Positions 40,726-55,290 of a DNA stretch of 64,000 nucleotides are shown in pieces (position 1 is the stretch's first letter; every line of letters begins with the position of its first letter). The notes beneath the pieces were generated by a model. That model was not told the origin of the DNA. It saw only the letters and a program-made list of their open reading frames with translations, and ran no database searches. Both the position numbers and the translations under genes were made by a program. Source of the DNA: Chrysomallon squamiferum (lineage: Eukaryota; Animalia; Mollusca); assembly GCA_012295275.1 (NCBI GenBank), contig CM022671.1, positions 11,532,001 through 11,596,000 on the forward strand, in the 5' to 3' direction.

Positions 40726-43700
40726 TTCAACCAGAAGAATAGAATGATAGGAATTGGTTTTATCTTTGTAACAGGGGAAAAAAAAAAAAAAAAAAAGATA
40801 AACAATTAAAAAAACCCACCCCAAAACAACAACAAAAACATATGAGATAACCAATAGCATAGAAAACTACAAAGATAGTATTAAACTTTCATTCACTGAT
40901 TCAGTTTTAATATTTAATTAATATTATAAAAATTGCCACTGAAAATTTGTACAAACTAAAATTGAAAAAGCTTTTTCTAAAGAAAATGTCTAAAATAATC
41001 AGTATCTTTGATTAATTATACAATATCAGAAATAGAAATCCATTAAGCATTTCATTATCAGATCATACAGCTACAAGTAAAAAATTAAGTGCAGCCTAAC
41101 AATCCAATACTTTTCTAAAGTGCTTAATGTTGCTCTCATATATTTAATTTAAAAATTTAAAACTTTAACAAACATTCAGTGTTGTTCTCTGTACTTATGA
41201 GTGAAAATGCATATAAATGAAGAAGCATTTTGAAAGAATTGTTATTTTTGTTTATTTTCATTAATAGCTGCTTTTGAACAGATAAAAAGAATTTTTGAAA
41301 TATTAAAAATATATATAAGAAACAGTAAGTATAAATTCTGGCTGGAAGACAGTGTTGGAAACCGAAAATCTTCAAAAAGAAATGAACAATTTAAAGAAAA
41401 GGATGGTTCATTGAAATAAAATCTATTATATATATATGCAGATGTACATATTTGATGGTAATATCCAAATGATGTAACTGATTGGCAGTATGAATAAAAT
41501 TTTAATTTGCTGCGGTTAGCAGACTAGATAACTGAATTAACTGAACTTTTCTCACAAATAGAATATTATAATTTTTTCTGCAGCAGTTTATTGGACATGT
41601 TAATGCATTGAGTCCCTTGACAGATTTGTTTGGGGTGGTTTCTGCCAAGTCCAAAGCTAATCGTCTTATAATGCCTATCCAAATTTACATATGACAGTTT
41701 GTTAATAGTGTTCAGCTGAATCATGGCTCTTTAAAGACTTAAATTATGAACTGGCTTGTGACATTCTGCTAGAAGACAAGATCTGTGATGTAGACTACAT
41801 CAGTTCTTTTGTGTAACATTTTTAACAGTTACATCCATTAAGACAAACTATAGATTTTAAATGAAATTAAATGATTAACATTGTGCTGTGATAGAATTTG
41901 TAATAATGTATTAGGGTTCGGGATAAAGTTGTACAAATTTGTTTATATCAATTTTAATTTTATATATTTCTTCTTTTTCAAAAAGATTTAAAGGTTTCTT
42001 GAAAATTTATTAACAGATTGTGGTGTCAGTCATTATGTATCTTTATGAAAACAACCTTTTGCAGATTTTGGTGAGTTTCTGGCATAAAAAAAGATGAAAC
42101 ATGGAAATGAAGTTTCTGTGCTTTTATTATTATTTTTTTAAATGTGTGTTTGCTATATATATATATATCTTTTTTTGTTGTTATTGTTAGGATAGGGACT
42201 TCTAACAACATTCAACACTGCAGTTGCCCATAAAGACTGGCTTTTTTTTATCACTTCCTTAAGCTCTCTAATCTATCACTTCTTTCCCATTTCAGTTAAT
42301 GTTGTTAGTGCATATCACAAGAGAAGTTTTATATTTTTTTATAAATAACCATCTTTGCATAGCACATATCAAATTCAAAAACATAATCAGCAGGTATTAA
42401 ATTAGTTAAGGTGTTTGATACAAAGGCTTTGGTATGTGTAAGCATTTGAATAACAATTGATTATAAGTGAATATTAAAAGACTTTATATTCTGAAAACCA
42501 TTGGAATATTGTATATCAGATACATATTGATTGAACAGCCCAAAATTATTTCCATGAAACCCCTTGACAAAGGACATTAATGATGATAAATAGAAACATC
42601 CATTTGAATGAGTCAGAGAAACATCTGTGTCTATGGTAAAAGGTGATCCTTGCTAAGGACAGGGATCAGTGATGTTCACATTCTGTTTTTCCTAGTATTT
42701 CAACAATAGAATGTGACAGGTGAGAATGTTACAATAAAGAGATCACTCTAAATACCAGCAGCTTCTCTCAGTTGATGAACTCTAAAGCATTCTCTGCACA
42801 GCTAAATCTCTCCTGATTTGAACCCTTCCTGGCACACCAAAAGTAAAGATTTATGTTTGTATGGTTTGAAAATTTAGAATTTTTTTATTTTATTTTTTTT
42901 ATTAATAATTGGACTTTTTGTTTTAAGATGTAGGTAAGCAAATATTTTAAGGCAAGCAAAATGACTAGTGGACGAGCAAGTGAGTTCAGGCTGGCATGTT
43001 TAAGCCATAATTAGGCAAAAACAATTTTGTTAGTGAACTAAGAAATACCATTAGTATAAAGTACAAATCCACTGGATTAGCCTGAATTATAAAACAATTT
43101 GGTTTTTCCAAAACAACTAGACTGGATTTTTGAAACTGAAATTTATTTGCTTCTGTGAACATCGCTTAGTTTAACTTGGAAGAAACAAGACTTCTTTCTT
43201 TTCTTTCTTTCTTTCTATTTTTTAAATCATCATTATTATTTGTTTAATATTATTTGCTTATGATTATTATTGTTATTATTATTATTAGTACTTTCATTTT
43301 ATTTATTTGGATAATAGCAGACTGATGCATCTGATGCAATTGTCTCATCCTGTCTACAACAGCATTATTAAAATATCTGCAGGGCTTTTCATTTTCTTTT
43401 ATTTCCTTTTGCACGTGTGACACTCATTTCCTTTCCAAATCTGTGACACCTTGCAACAAAATTTGCAGACTTGTAGCAGATTTAATACAACATTTATTTG
43501 AATCAGGTTTGCACGAGGAAGTATGCATGTAAATTAATTCTGGTTCTGGATACATATGAATGATGTTGTGAAGGGGGTCACCATGTGTTACACAAACATG
43601 CCTTGGTTCAGGCAGCATGAATATGCTTTGTAACAATATAGACAGTGTTTTTATAAACATCTAGACATGTTGAAATAGAGAAGAATTTCTGTGTTAACTT

Positions 43701-46700
43701 GAAAGCTTTACATTTACTTAGAATACATACTTTCTGGAAAAGGTTTTGGTGCTCTAGTTATCTTGATATTGGAAGATACAATGTTGACAAATTATAAATA
43801 TAAAAATAAAATAAATAATCAGAACTTTGTCTATACATCTAATATTTTGTTAAACTCATTTATCTGTTGATATTTTTAAAAATATTATAGAAAGTTTGAA
43901 CTTTGTCAGTGGAAATGGTTTGGTAAAATGTTGTGTGAATGCTTGAACTGTGTTAGAATCTGTTATATTACAGAACATGTTCTGCAAGTCAGTTTAATAC
44001 ATCTAACCCTTCATATAAACGTTCTTAAAAAAAAATTATATATTTTTCTATGAATTTACATTACATGTATAAGATTAGTAGCAACATAATTTTATCCTTC
44101 CCAAAATAAATAAATTACCAAGGTTTTGTAAGAGATATTTCAGTATTGTTAGCAAGTGCTGTGACTTCTTGTAAACACTTTGATTTATGATTTGCTTCAG
44201 CAGGCTGGACATTCCCCAGGTTTCCGTGAAAAGTTAAACACATCAGCCAGCTAATGTAGATTCTATAAATTAGAAACAGAATTTACTGTGAGATTGTTAA
44301 TCATTCTACTTTCTGCTTAATTTCCTCGATTATGTTGTTTTGGGATTTCTTTTAAATCATCGAAAAGTGGACATATGTTTATTTTCTTTGTTTTCACAAC
44401 TAGTGATGCATGTAATTACTTTTAATGTGATATCCATTCTGTTGTGATACTGTACATGCTTAGTTACAGATACCTGATAAAACCAAGCCCACAGGCTTAG
44501 TAGTTCAAGGATGTGATCTGTAAATGATCATCATAGCCTGGAATCTGGAAAATAAAAAAGACTTTTATTTACAATAACAGTAAGAAAATGTATTGTTAAT
44601 ATTAAACGATGTTAAATATCAGATGATCAGACTGCAGACTATCTCATTTGTAAATTACTGGTTATTTCTGATTTCCACAAATTTCTGCAGGATAAAATTC
44701 AATCGTATGAGTAAGAATGTGTCATATGAGTATAATATTTTAAAAACTTTTAATGAAAGTGAAACTTGTTGTTTTATTGCAGTTTTCCATTTTAATAAAT
44801 TAAGGTAAATAATATAAAACAAAAATGAAAAATACTGTGAACAAATCAGATAAAGAGAAAAAATATCTTGGTTTCAGAACAGTTTCTTTTGATTAAAACG
44901 ATTTCATAATATCTGGTAACAGACAGTGATAAAACACACGTTTGATGTGCATTTCGGGTTTATCAAAGGTCCAAGTATATGTTTTAAAAACACATACGAA
45001 CTCACACGAACTCACACACATGTGCTTAAGATAGAAAAATAATATATTGAATGTGTCCTTATATCTATCTATCATCTTCTCTCTTGATAACATAATAAAT
45101 TAACAGAACTGTATATGAAATAAAAGAAATTCAAATAAAAGTGAGAATTTTTAACACTTCAATAAAACTTATTTTGTTGTACTTTTTTTCACATTGTTGA
45201 TCTATATTCTTCTCCAGTGTTAGAGATGTAAATGTCTACGTTGTATTATTAAACACCAGTTTATTGTTGGATTTATAGCACTTAAATCCATTCATCACTT
45301 CTTAAAGTTAGACCTAAGAGAATTACCAGGGAAAAATATTTCTAATGAAGGTTTGTAGGATTACTCTGCTATTACATTACATTTTAATCAACAGTCCTTC
45401 TAATTAACTAAAGGGCAGACCAAGCAACACTATGAATGTGACCTCAATTACATGGACATTTGGGATAATTATGTTGCTGGCTGACCAGATTAAAAGCTAT
45501 TTACCTGGACTTAGGATAATCTCTTGATCACTGGGCATCAGATGAACAGGTTTTTGTCATTGTATTCTACAGAAATAAAAAGCTGCCTCATCTGAGTTGT
45601 GGTATCACCATTCACTGAGATGCGATACAGGCAGTAAAGGGTTAGGTGTTGAAAAAGGTAATCAGATAACACAGAGACTTGGGTGGTCAAATAAAACTGG
45701 TTAAACTCTATCAAAGTACAATACATCTGATTTAGCACAACCCAGACTGTTAAACTTTTGTAGCATTCAGATTTTATCATTTTGCTTCAGCACTGACAAA
45801 AATCAAATTAATCACAGAACATTTTAACCAAATTGCTTTATGATTCTGGACTTATCATTTGTTCATCTTAATTTAAAATATCTCTTTCATTCAACAGAAC
45901 ACTACTCAAGACAGAAATATCACCACATCAAATTTAGCTTTGTCATATTATTTATAATATTTCAGCTCCACAGACTGATATATTCTAATGAATGTTAATT
46001 TGTCAAAGTTTATTATTTTAAGAAAAGCATTCTGCTGTATTTATTTATTCAAAGGAATAATTCATTGTTAATGGCTAATTTGGCCATTTTTGAAACATCA
46101 AACCTGCAATACTTATTAAGTGATATCATTAGTAATCCTTTCAAAAATATTAAATTTTCTGTTAACTGTTGTTTTTATATTAATCCTATTTGTGTTTATT
46201 CTTGCTATACATATGGCTGTCAATTTGTAATTTAAAAAATTACTGATAAAATGTTTCAGCTATCATATCCTCTATTAATGTTATTTTGATGGTTACTGTA
46301 TTTGATATATATATATATATATACATTTTTTTCTTCTGATAACTGTTAGTATCACTACTTCAAATGAACCTAAATATATTTGAATCAGTTTTAAAGATGG
46401 CATGTTTACAATGTTTAACCAGAATCTACAAAACACAGTGAAAGAATAGTTATTCTCTAGGTAATATCATACTAGAGATCTTGTTTCCTTATCATCAGGA
46501 GAAATTTATTTTTAGAAACACTGGATGGGAGTTATTTACAAAGCTTCCAGCTGTAATCATTGTCAATTATATACAATTTAAAGTTGCAAAATAAATGTTG
46601 TGTACTTCTGGAATGTCAGTTTGTTCATGTGGAGAATGGCTGATAATAACAGAAGCATGAAATTAATCTCCTGTCATTATCTTTAGGAAGGATTGCCATT

Positions 46701-47719
46701 TTCATTTATAGGGAGGATTTTATTATTATTATTATTGTTATTTTGTCAATATAAATTAAATATTTCTTCAATCTGAATAAATATATTCAAGTTACACATC
46801 ATCTAAACAAATCCAAATCACACAAAAAAGGAAAAAGAATAAACGTAAAATTGCAGCTGACATCATATTTATCTTAATTCATTTATCTGAATGTTTCCAT
46901 CACTCTTTATTCTTATCAAACTTTAGTTGTTTTTTTATCATGGAAGAAAACAAAATATTAATTTCTAACTAAAATTGTATTTAGAATTTTAAAACAATTT
47001 CTCAAATTCCAAATCTAAATAACTGAACTGAAATAATGTGTTTATAGGTTTTATTAAGTATTTTTCATATGGTATAAGGTACATAGTATAAATTCATTTC
47101 TTTAAAAGTTTATCGCTTAGTAATCACTTTACAATGCATTAAATCAGGCATGTAAAATCTGGAAAAGCTTTGTTAATGTTCTTAATAATATATTAAATAT
47201 TTTCATTTTTTGTTTATTCATACAGTATTTTATCTATTTATATCATCACTGTGGTCATCTTGTAATAGTTTATAATCATGATTGTATTTTCATGCATAGA
47301 TTACATATTCCTTCCTTCTACATCTTAATGCTCCAGTGCCAACTTCTTTTAGACTCAGTTTTAGTAGTTATGTAAACTTTTTTCTAAGTTTGGGATCAAG
47401 TGTAAGTGATTAATTTTTATAATAAAGAATTTATTGGTGAAAGTTATGTGATTCTGCTGTGTTACATTCAGCGTTATCAGAATAAATTAATAAATACTTG
47501 ATTGATAACATTTAAAACATTTTAATGTTTTTAACAGATATTATAGTCTCGCTGTATGCTTTACATTATTATTATTTTTAAAATATCATTAAAATATAAA
47601 AAACACAAATTTGCTTTAGCCATCTTCTAGGTTATTTTTAAAATTATTATTAATAGCTTCCTGTATGAAAGAGAGCATATGATGTTCAGTATACAGACGT
47701 GAAGCACTAGTAGAATAAT

Positions 47720-47790
47720 AGAAAACAGCTTAAAATACAGGCAGGAGGATTGAACCTGCAACCAGTCATGTGTCATCAGTTCATGACTAT
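47720..47790 (-). mobile_element. tRNA-derived SINE head relic
   Basis: ggattgaacctgcaacc is the reverse complement of a Pol III B-box-like GGTTCAATCC; no cloverleaf. Confidence 0.3.
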
Positions 47791-48689
47791 AAATCTAGAT
47801 ATAAAAATACAGGCTTTGGACATGATGTACTTTTTATTCACCATAAACAAAATAATCCCCTTAAAAAACAGCAACAAAAACAAAAAAAACAAAAAAATAA
47901 ATAAAATAAAATAAAATAAACAGCAAATAAAAAATGCAAACAAACAAAACAACAATGACTCAAAAACAAACAAATCATTGAATAAATAAAAATAAATTGG
48001 TTGGAACATTATATCATCTTAGTATGTTTGTCATTGTTATTTTAGTTTGAGACATCTGCATTTAACATAATTTAACATTATTTTAGAAACTGCCATGACT
48101 ATCCATACTAAAATATCATACTTGAAATAAAAGTTAAACAAAGAAAAATATATAATATGAATTAATACTTTTAAAAATTAACTTTTTTTTTTTTTCTTTT
48201 TCTTTTTGATAAAGATGGATATTTATCACTATCACATTTTTGACTTTTTAGATATGATTAAAGTACATAACTGTACTGATGTTTTACAAGGAAATACTGA
48301 ATTTAAAAACATAAAGTAATAAAGATAGTGAACACATTCCAGTGTGTCTGTACTAGGAATCTGAAACAGACTATAGTTCCACTGGGATCACTGGGAACAT
48401 CTATGAGCTGCTGTAATATTATTGGTAGAAGTAGAGAAGCTACTGGAATGGTTTTCAGGCAGCCAGTATCAGCAGATAGCAAAGATAGGTATAGACTGTC
48501 GTAGGCAACCACCACCACCACCAGTTATACAGGAGGAATAGCCACACATGACAGTGGGACTGCCATCCACGCAACTGTAGGGATAGCCTGTGTGTACACT
48601 ATTGCAGGTGGCAGATTGCTGGGCTTGCTTGACGTACTATTGTGTATGTGGATTATACAGCTAGTTCATTGATTCACGGTGAAAGGAGG

Positions 48690-48974
48690 GTGGCCTCAGT
48701 CAGGGTTTTTTCTCTAGCGTTACGCTGTAAGCCATCTAGCAAGTGACGGGTGTGGAATTATAACTTGGCTGTTGGGATCCAGTGTGGGTTGTATGTCACT
48801 GTGTGTTTGATGTTTACCGGTATGTGAGGATATTTACTGTTTACTGGATTTTATTTCACCCATCATCAACATAAAATTATAAAACATACTGAATATCAAT
48901 CCAACCATGGACCAGTGAAGGCAGTTTTTGTCTTGTGTTCATATCAGAAGATATTCATTATATTAAAATAAAAG
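48690..48974 (+). other. Candidate alternative non-coding first exon
   Basis: Follows a GC-richer, CpG-containing block (48.34-48.83 kb); Inr-like TCAGTC at ~48697; AAG|gtaggt donor after 48974; minimal uORF ATG GAC CAG TGA at 48907. Confidence 0.35.
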
Positions 48975-51900
48975 GTAGGTACCATAGGTATAAGTTATAA
49001 TTGTATTATATTTATTGAATTGTAATAATAAAAGTTGAATGTGGTTGTGTGTGTATATATATATATGTTCAAACTGATAATTAAATTTATATTTATTTTA
49101 CACACACCCCAACACACCTTTTCTATTAAACTTATAATTCAGAATATATTAAATGAGGGTTACAGTTAAATTAGTGACAACTTGAAATCATATTTATGAT
49201 ATTTAGCAGGTGGTTGGATTTAGCATTTTAGGGTAAACATTTTTTACAAATGAGTCTTAATTGCTATATAATGTGTGTTTGAGGTGTGCATATATGTGCA
49301 TGTGTCTGGGTGGCTTATTTATATCTGAATATATTTAAATTTTCTGTCTTATAGAAAGCAGGCAAATGACACCAGCTGTATTTTTATAGTTTATCATACT
49401 TTAAACTTGATAGATTATAATTATTTTTGACATTCCCAGTTTTTTTCACTGAACCTTTTTATCACACGTCTCTGTGCATTTCACTGAAAAATAATAGAAA
49501 ATATGAGAATGGAATGTGTTCTGTCTGGTAAAACAGAAGTGTCTGGATGACTCACTTAGATATCAGCATTTGCTTTTCAATTATTGTCTGGGATCATTAT
49601 TCAAGCAGAAGAATTTTTCTTGCAACATATGGTTTGCAGATTAAAGCGATGTATAGCACACACGATCAGAACCCCACCTGTGTAAGATACTGTGCATAAA
49701 GAAGTATTTCACAAATGTATATAATGTCTGACCCATCCTGTTTTTTTGAGGGTTCATTAATTTTCTTATATTTGAGGAGTTTATAATAAATACAGCAAGG
49801 TTAATGCTTTTAAGGTGGATTGGGAAAAAAGGCTGGCTGGAACTTGCCTCTGTTGGTGGGTATTATGTTAATGTTGTTTGCATGTATTCTGACATAGCTG
49901 CTCGGCAGCAGCAATTCAGTGTATTGATCTTCAATTGTTTGGAGGGATGGCTGTGTTTGTTATGTGTCCTTCACCACTTGGCTTCATCCACTGTGCTAAA
50001 CTTCAGTTTTATGCTCAAACCAGCAACAGAGCTATTGATTTTCCTTCTCTGACTATTTATTGGAGGGATTTATTCATTAAACAGAGCATTAGAAAATTTG
50101 GTAGCCGTTGCTTGCATCACTGAACAAGTAGAGAGATTATTGAATTTATTCAAATTATCTTGATTTTCCACAGACTTCTTTATACGATGTTCATAAGTAA
50201 TCAAGTCATTTTGACATTAAAGTTATGAGACCAATCATCTTTATTGAGTGACTCCATACAGAAAGCAAGATATTAATGCAAAGAATATTTCTAGATGATC
50301 TAAATTAGCAGTTTAATAATGTATGAATAAATCACAAGAATTCATTTGCTAATAATAAAATGTAAGTTAATTAGCTAGTTATAGAGTAAAAAAAGAAGGA
50401 GACATTGATTAACAGTTTGGAAAACTATTGTCATGTTACATCTGAAGTTCAAGACTTTTTCCTACAGATATGAATTAAGGAATTTTTTGTGTGAAGATAT
50501 CTGTTTGAGCAGCATCTGTTTGAGATTAGTCACCTATATATTAAATTATCAATAAACAAAGACCAAACGTTTTGTTTATTTCACATAATCTCTGTTTAAT
50601 CTTATTTTTGTACAAATAATTTTCTTACTTTGCAAAAAATATTCACCCTCTACAGGTATTTTTATTTATTTTACAATTATTATTTTTTTCTTCTGTTTTA
50701 ATAAAAATCTTCTATTCTTCCCTGTTTGTTATCAGCTTGATGTCCATGTTTAGCACAGAGGACAAACCTCGCCCACACCACTGTGATGGTGATTAGTTCT
50801 GTGACAGTAATGGAGGATGACGCATCCATGGGATGGACCAGCCATTCCTCAGAGATGCGGACATGTGTGGCTGGAAATTCTGTTTTGTTGTCCAGCTGAT
50901 TATATGTATCAAGTTTCCATCCTTTTGTGACTTACCCTGTCTAACTCTTGTTTTACATGAATGGTTTTCAGATGGTTTGTTACAGAGCTTTATACACAAA
51001 TGTGTGGCTTTTAGTATTACTGTTATCAGACTTGAGAGGTTGTTAATGCTTTCAAGTATAATTTGTTCATTTTTTGGTTGTATTTCTCTTTTTATAGTGA
51101 TTACTTCTACAACAACTATATATAAAAAACAGGGTTTTTTCAAATATGCCATTTACAGATATTTATTATAGACCAGACAGTATTGATCCAGTATAAAGTT
51201 ATTAAGTCTCTTACTCATATGACTAACCAATAACTTAGGATTTTCTAATCTTCAGAATGTTAATAACCAGAAGTGTAATTAAAGTTTCTGAAAAGTGTCT
51301 AGATAAAATCTCCTTACATTGCCAAAAGAATATGTCTGAAGTTGTTTTATTGGAATTGCAGCAGAGGAAATTTTTAGATTTTCGAGTACTTAAGTGAAAA
51401 TTTCTTGTAAGTGATTCTATGGCAAGTCATCCTTTTTTCATGCTTATTTTAAAAACTTGCTACATTTTTCTTTTTCTTTTTATTTGGAAATGTTTAAGGT
51501 TTTATTTTCCTTAAGTTCAACAACAACATCTAACTTGGCAACCTACTGAGGACCATAATAGATAATGTATTTGAATGAATAGACATGATTTGTTTGCAAT
51601 GAACCAGTTAGTTATTATTCTGTTTGTATGACAGCAGTGACTGATACCAGGAAAGGAAACAGAATTTGAAACCATATTGAATTTAACTAAACAAAAAATT
51701 CAATTACCATATTTAAACAATTTAAAAAAATAATAATAAATATAAAAATAAAAAAACAAATAAATAATCTGATTGAACCCAATGCAGTGAATGAGTTGTA
51801 TGTGTTGCTTTGTCTGTAAAAGATATATTTTTCTTATGCTGAGATGTCATTTCACTATATTTGTGCATTTTATGTCTTTTTTCTAGCTCCTGTGTAAATT

Positions 51901-54900
51901 ATCAGCTTAAATGCACATCAATTAAAAAGGATTTATATAAGTTTGCTTCTGAAAAGACAAGAATGTGTGAGAGAGATTAGTGTAATTTTTTAATTTGGAA
52001 TAAAATATTTTTTCTTTCTTATTAAAAAAGACAATTTTGTTAAATAAATCTAGAAAGTTACCTGACTTGTAGCAGCATGGCCTGTGCTGTTGAACTGAGT
52101 ATAATGGTAGTATTTGACAAGCAGCTGCAGGAAGAGGAATTCCCTTGCCTTGCTGATCAGCTACTGTTCACAAAGTAGTTGATCATTTTGCTAACAGCTT
52201 CTACAAAACATGTACTTTCTTGTCTACTTGGATTATTCCTCAATGCACATGATAAACCTGCAAGTTATGTCAGGCTGTGTGTTCGGCATACACATTATTC
52301 ACTCTTTCCATAAACAGATTTGTAAATATTATCTCTTCTCATTAAAACATTTACCTATTTGTGTAATGTATGTACATCTATTATCTTTCTTTCTTTGCTC
52401 CATGGGTCTGTAATCCTTCTCTATCTACCTTTCTGATATTTCACCAAAGAGAAAATAGTTGTGTAGCATAATGTACGTACAACTGTGCTTAATACAGAAT
52501 AAAGGCTGTTTATATTAATGGTTGTATAATGTGTGTATTATAAATTATTTATGGATACATAAAACCTAGTCTGAAATAAAATTTTGATTTGTTATAATTT
52601 TGTACAGTTAGTGTTATGTTTTATATTTCAGGTTCCACCCTTTGTTCTTTTTGTTGTTAAATGATTTTTAAGAGCCCAACTAAATAAATGCAATAATGCA
52701 AAAAATATGAATCTATTTTTATTCATGAGTTGGGGATAGAAGAAGATATGATTTTGTTAAAATGACGAATAAAATTGGTAGATGTTAAACTCCCAGAGCA
52801 TTTTCTGTTTTCATAATTGGAATGTGTATGTTTTCTAACCATAGATTCTTAATGTGTACAAGTGTGTGTGTATGTGTCTCTGTCTGTGTGTGTCAGAGAG
52901 AAATTTTATGCAGACAGTGGCTAATTTCTTGTTATTTATAAGCTTCATGACAAATGCACCCATCAGTTAAGAAATTTTGTCACTGAAGAAAGTTATATTG
53001 TCTTCAGTGACTGTCTGGGTCTGCAGAATGGTCAGAGAAAGTAATTCTAATCCAGTAAATATGTCTTTAAAGTATTTCTGTAATGTTGCTGTATTTCTAC
53101 TTGATGTATTGTGTTAATAAGACCAATAAAACAGAACAGATAAATAAATGTAAGTAATTGAGTTGGCAGACGGAGGTGGGTGTTTTTCCTCTGAGGCGAA
53201 TGATAAATTAGTAAATTATTTTCTGTTTTCCAGCTTCAGGTACATCTAATGGTAGCAGTGAGGTGTTGATTTACACAACTGATACTGTTCTAGAAAATGA
53301 TGTAGTTTAAAAAAGCAAAAAAAAGAAAACGAAAAAGAATGTTTGTTTTTGCAGTATCCTGGCCTATAACTTTGATCAGAAATTCTTTTCATTTTTAGAA
53401 TCTTAGATTTCTTAGAGTAGATACTTAATACCTAGTATTCTCAGAGCAGTTTGTTTCATATCATAGTATATCTGTTTATATTACTGTGTCCTGTATTCTT
53501 TTTTAAAGAAGCAGCAGAAACCAGATGTTTGTTTGTTTAGTTTTTATTACTTTAGCTTGTCTGTACAGCAGTTATTTATAAAACAAAATGTTTAATAACT
53601 TTTCTACAATCATCCAGACAGTAAAAGAATTTTTTTATTTTTATTTTTAAATAAATGCAGTGTATGTATTTAAAGATGTCATCTGTTACGGTGTTGATGT
53701 TGCAGTGTTTACACATGTGGGTTTGGTTTAAAGTGCATGTATATCAACACACATTATGCAATAATTGTAACCCGCTATTCGGTGTTGACAGAAAGGTGCA
53801 TTCAGGTTCACAGGTCAAGCATAAATCAGTGCTGCTTAGTTGGAGGGTTGGCCTTTTCTGTAGTAAAGATTACTACATTACATGTCTCAATCCATAGTTT
53901 GGTTATGATATACAACAGTGTTTACAATTATATAATATCTAAATTGTAAGTATGTTTCTTATTTAGTATTTAAATAATAATAATAATAAAAAAAATAAAA
54001 ATTATCCCAAACAAATAAATAAATATTAGAACTCAAAATCATTCTGTCTGTTTCCTTTATCTTGCTTTTTATTTGCAAAACCTCAGATTATAGTTTTTAC
54101 ACTTAAAATAATAAAGAAAGCATTTTGAACAATTCCATGAATCACACAGACCAATCTGACTTTCATAGCATTTATTTCATTACAGTGTGGTAGTAGAAAT
54201 TCACTGATTGTAATAAATCTTTTACAGTCTAACTGCTTTATGATATCTCCCAGAGATTAGAATGGGAATTTGTTCTATTTTACATTCCTGATATTAGACT
54301 ACATGCTAGTATAAAAAACACATCCAGCTGTAAATGCATGATTACCCTCACAACAAACTCTCTTTTCCTCTCTCACTCCCTCTGTTCTTTTTCTTCTCCC
54401 TTTTTCTCTTTTGTCTTTAACTCTCTCTTTCCCTTTTAAAATATTTTCTTGCTCAAACATAAATTTGTATTAGAATTATAAATAAGTCATATATTTTTCA
54501 GCAAACAGAATTTATTGATAATTTTTTTTAACATGATTTCAGTTTATGGAGCTCAGAACATAACAGCACATGATTAATTGTTACAGTGGTGGTAACGTCT
54601 GCCTTGTACTACCTGTTCCTGGAATCAGCTTGCATGGAAGCAGTCACTGTAACCTTCTGTAGTTTATGACACAAAAGTGTGCATTACTACCATGCTTTCT
54701 GCAGTTGCCTAGGAAACTAATACTATTACTGTAATTTGAAATGCTGATGATGTACAGCAACAGACTAGAATTTGGCAGTGTTTAGTTTTAACTGTGGAAC
54801 AAACTGTTAAAAAAAGAATAATAAAAAGTGAAAAAATATATCTATAGAAACAATCCCACCTTATCCTTATCACTATATTTGCACTTTAGTAGGAATATTT

Positions 54901-55114
54901 TTGTTTTACAGCAAAACATAAAACCATAAGAAAATTAATAACATACAGCTTTGATACAAAAATATATCTTGCTTTTCATTAAAAAACAATAAAAATAAAA
55001 ATTAAACAATTATAAAATAATAAAACAAAACAGAATTAACAGAAAAATAAAAAGTATAATATTTCATTTGAAGAAAAAGAAATTTCATTTTGTACATATG
55101 AGGTTGTTTTGAAA

Positions 55115-55290
55115 GTAGGCAGTGGCTTAATGGCTAGAAAATGGCTTTAGGATTATTTTCCCATTCCAGAGTGTCTTGTTGTTTAAGGGCAAATAGTCAT
55201 TCAAGAAACTGACATCCAACAACCACTGAAATATGTATGCATGTCATTAAACCAATATTAATTAAATGTTTGTTTTGTTAATATTACTAT
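55115..55290 (+). mobile_element. Highly degraded SINE remnant
   Basis: ggattattttcccattccag and tgacatccaacaacc...atgtcattaaacc motifs resemble the same recalled gastropod SINE family. Confidence 0.3.

Noticed and set aside
48280-48672. Long + strand frame interrupted by a single TAG (possible readthrough or pseudogene)
   Set aside because: No recognisable protein features; openness is explained by locally higher GC
50793-51171. Overlapping 112-aa (+) and 119-aa (-) ORFs
   Set aside because: No domain similarity, composition drifts into AT-rich intron-like sequence, and no good donor
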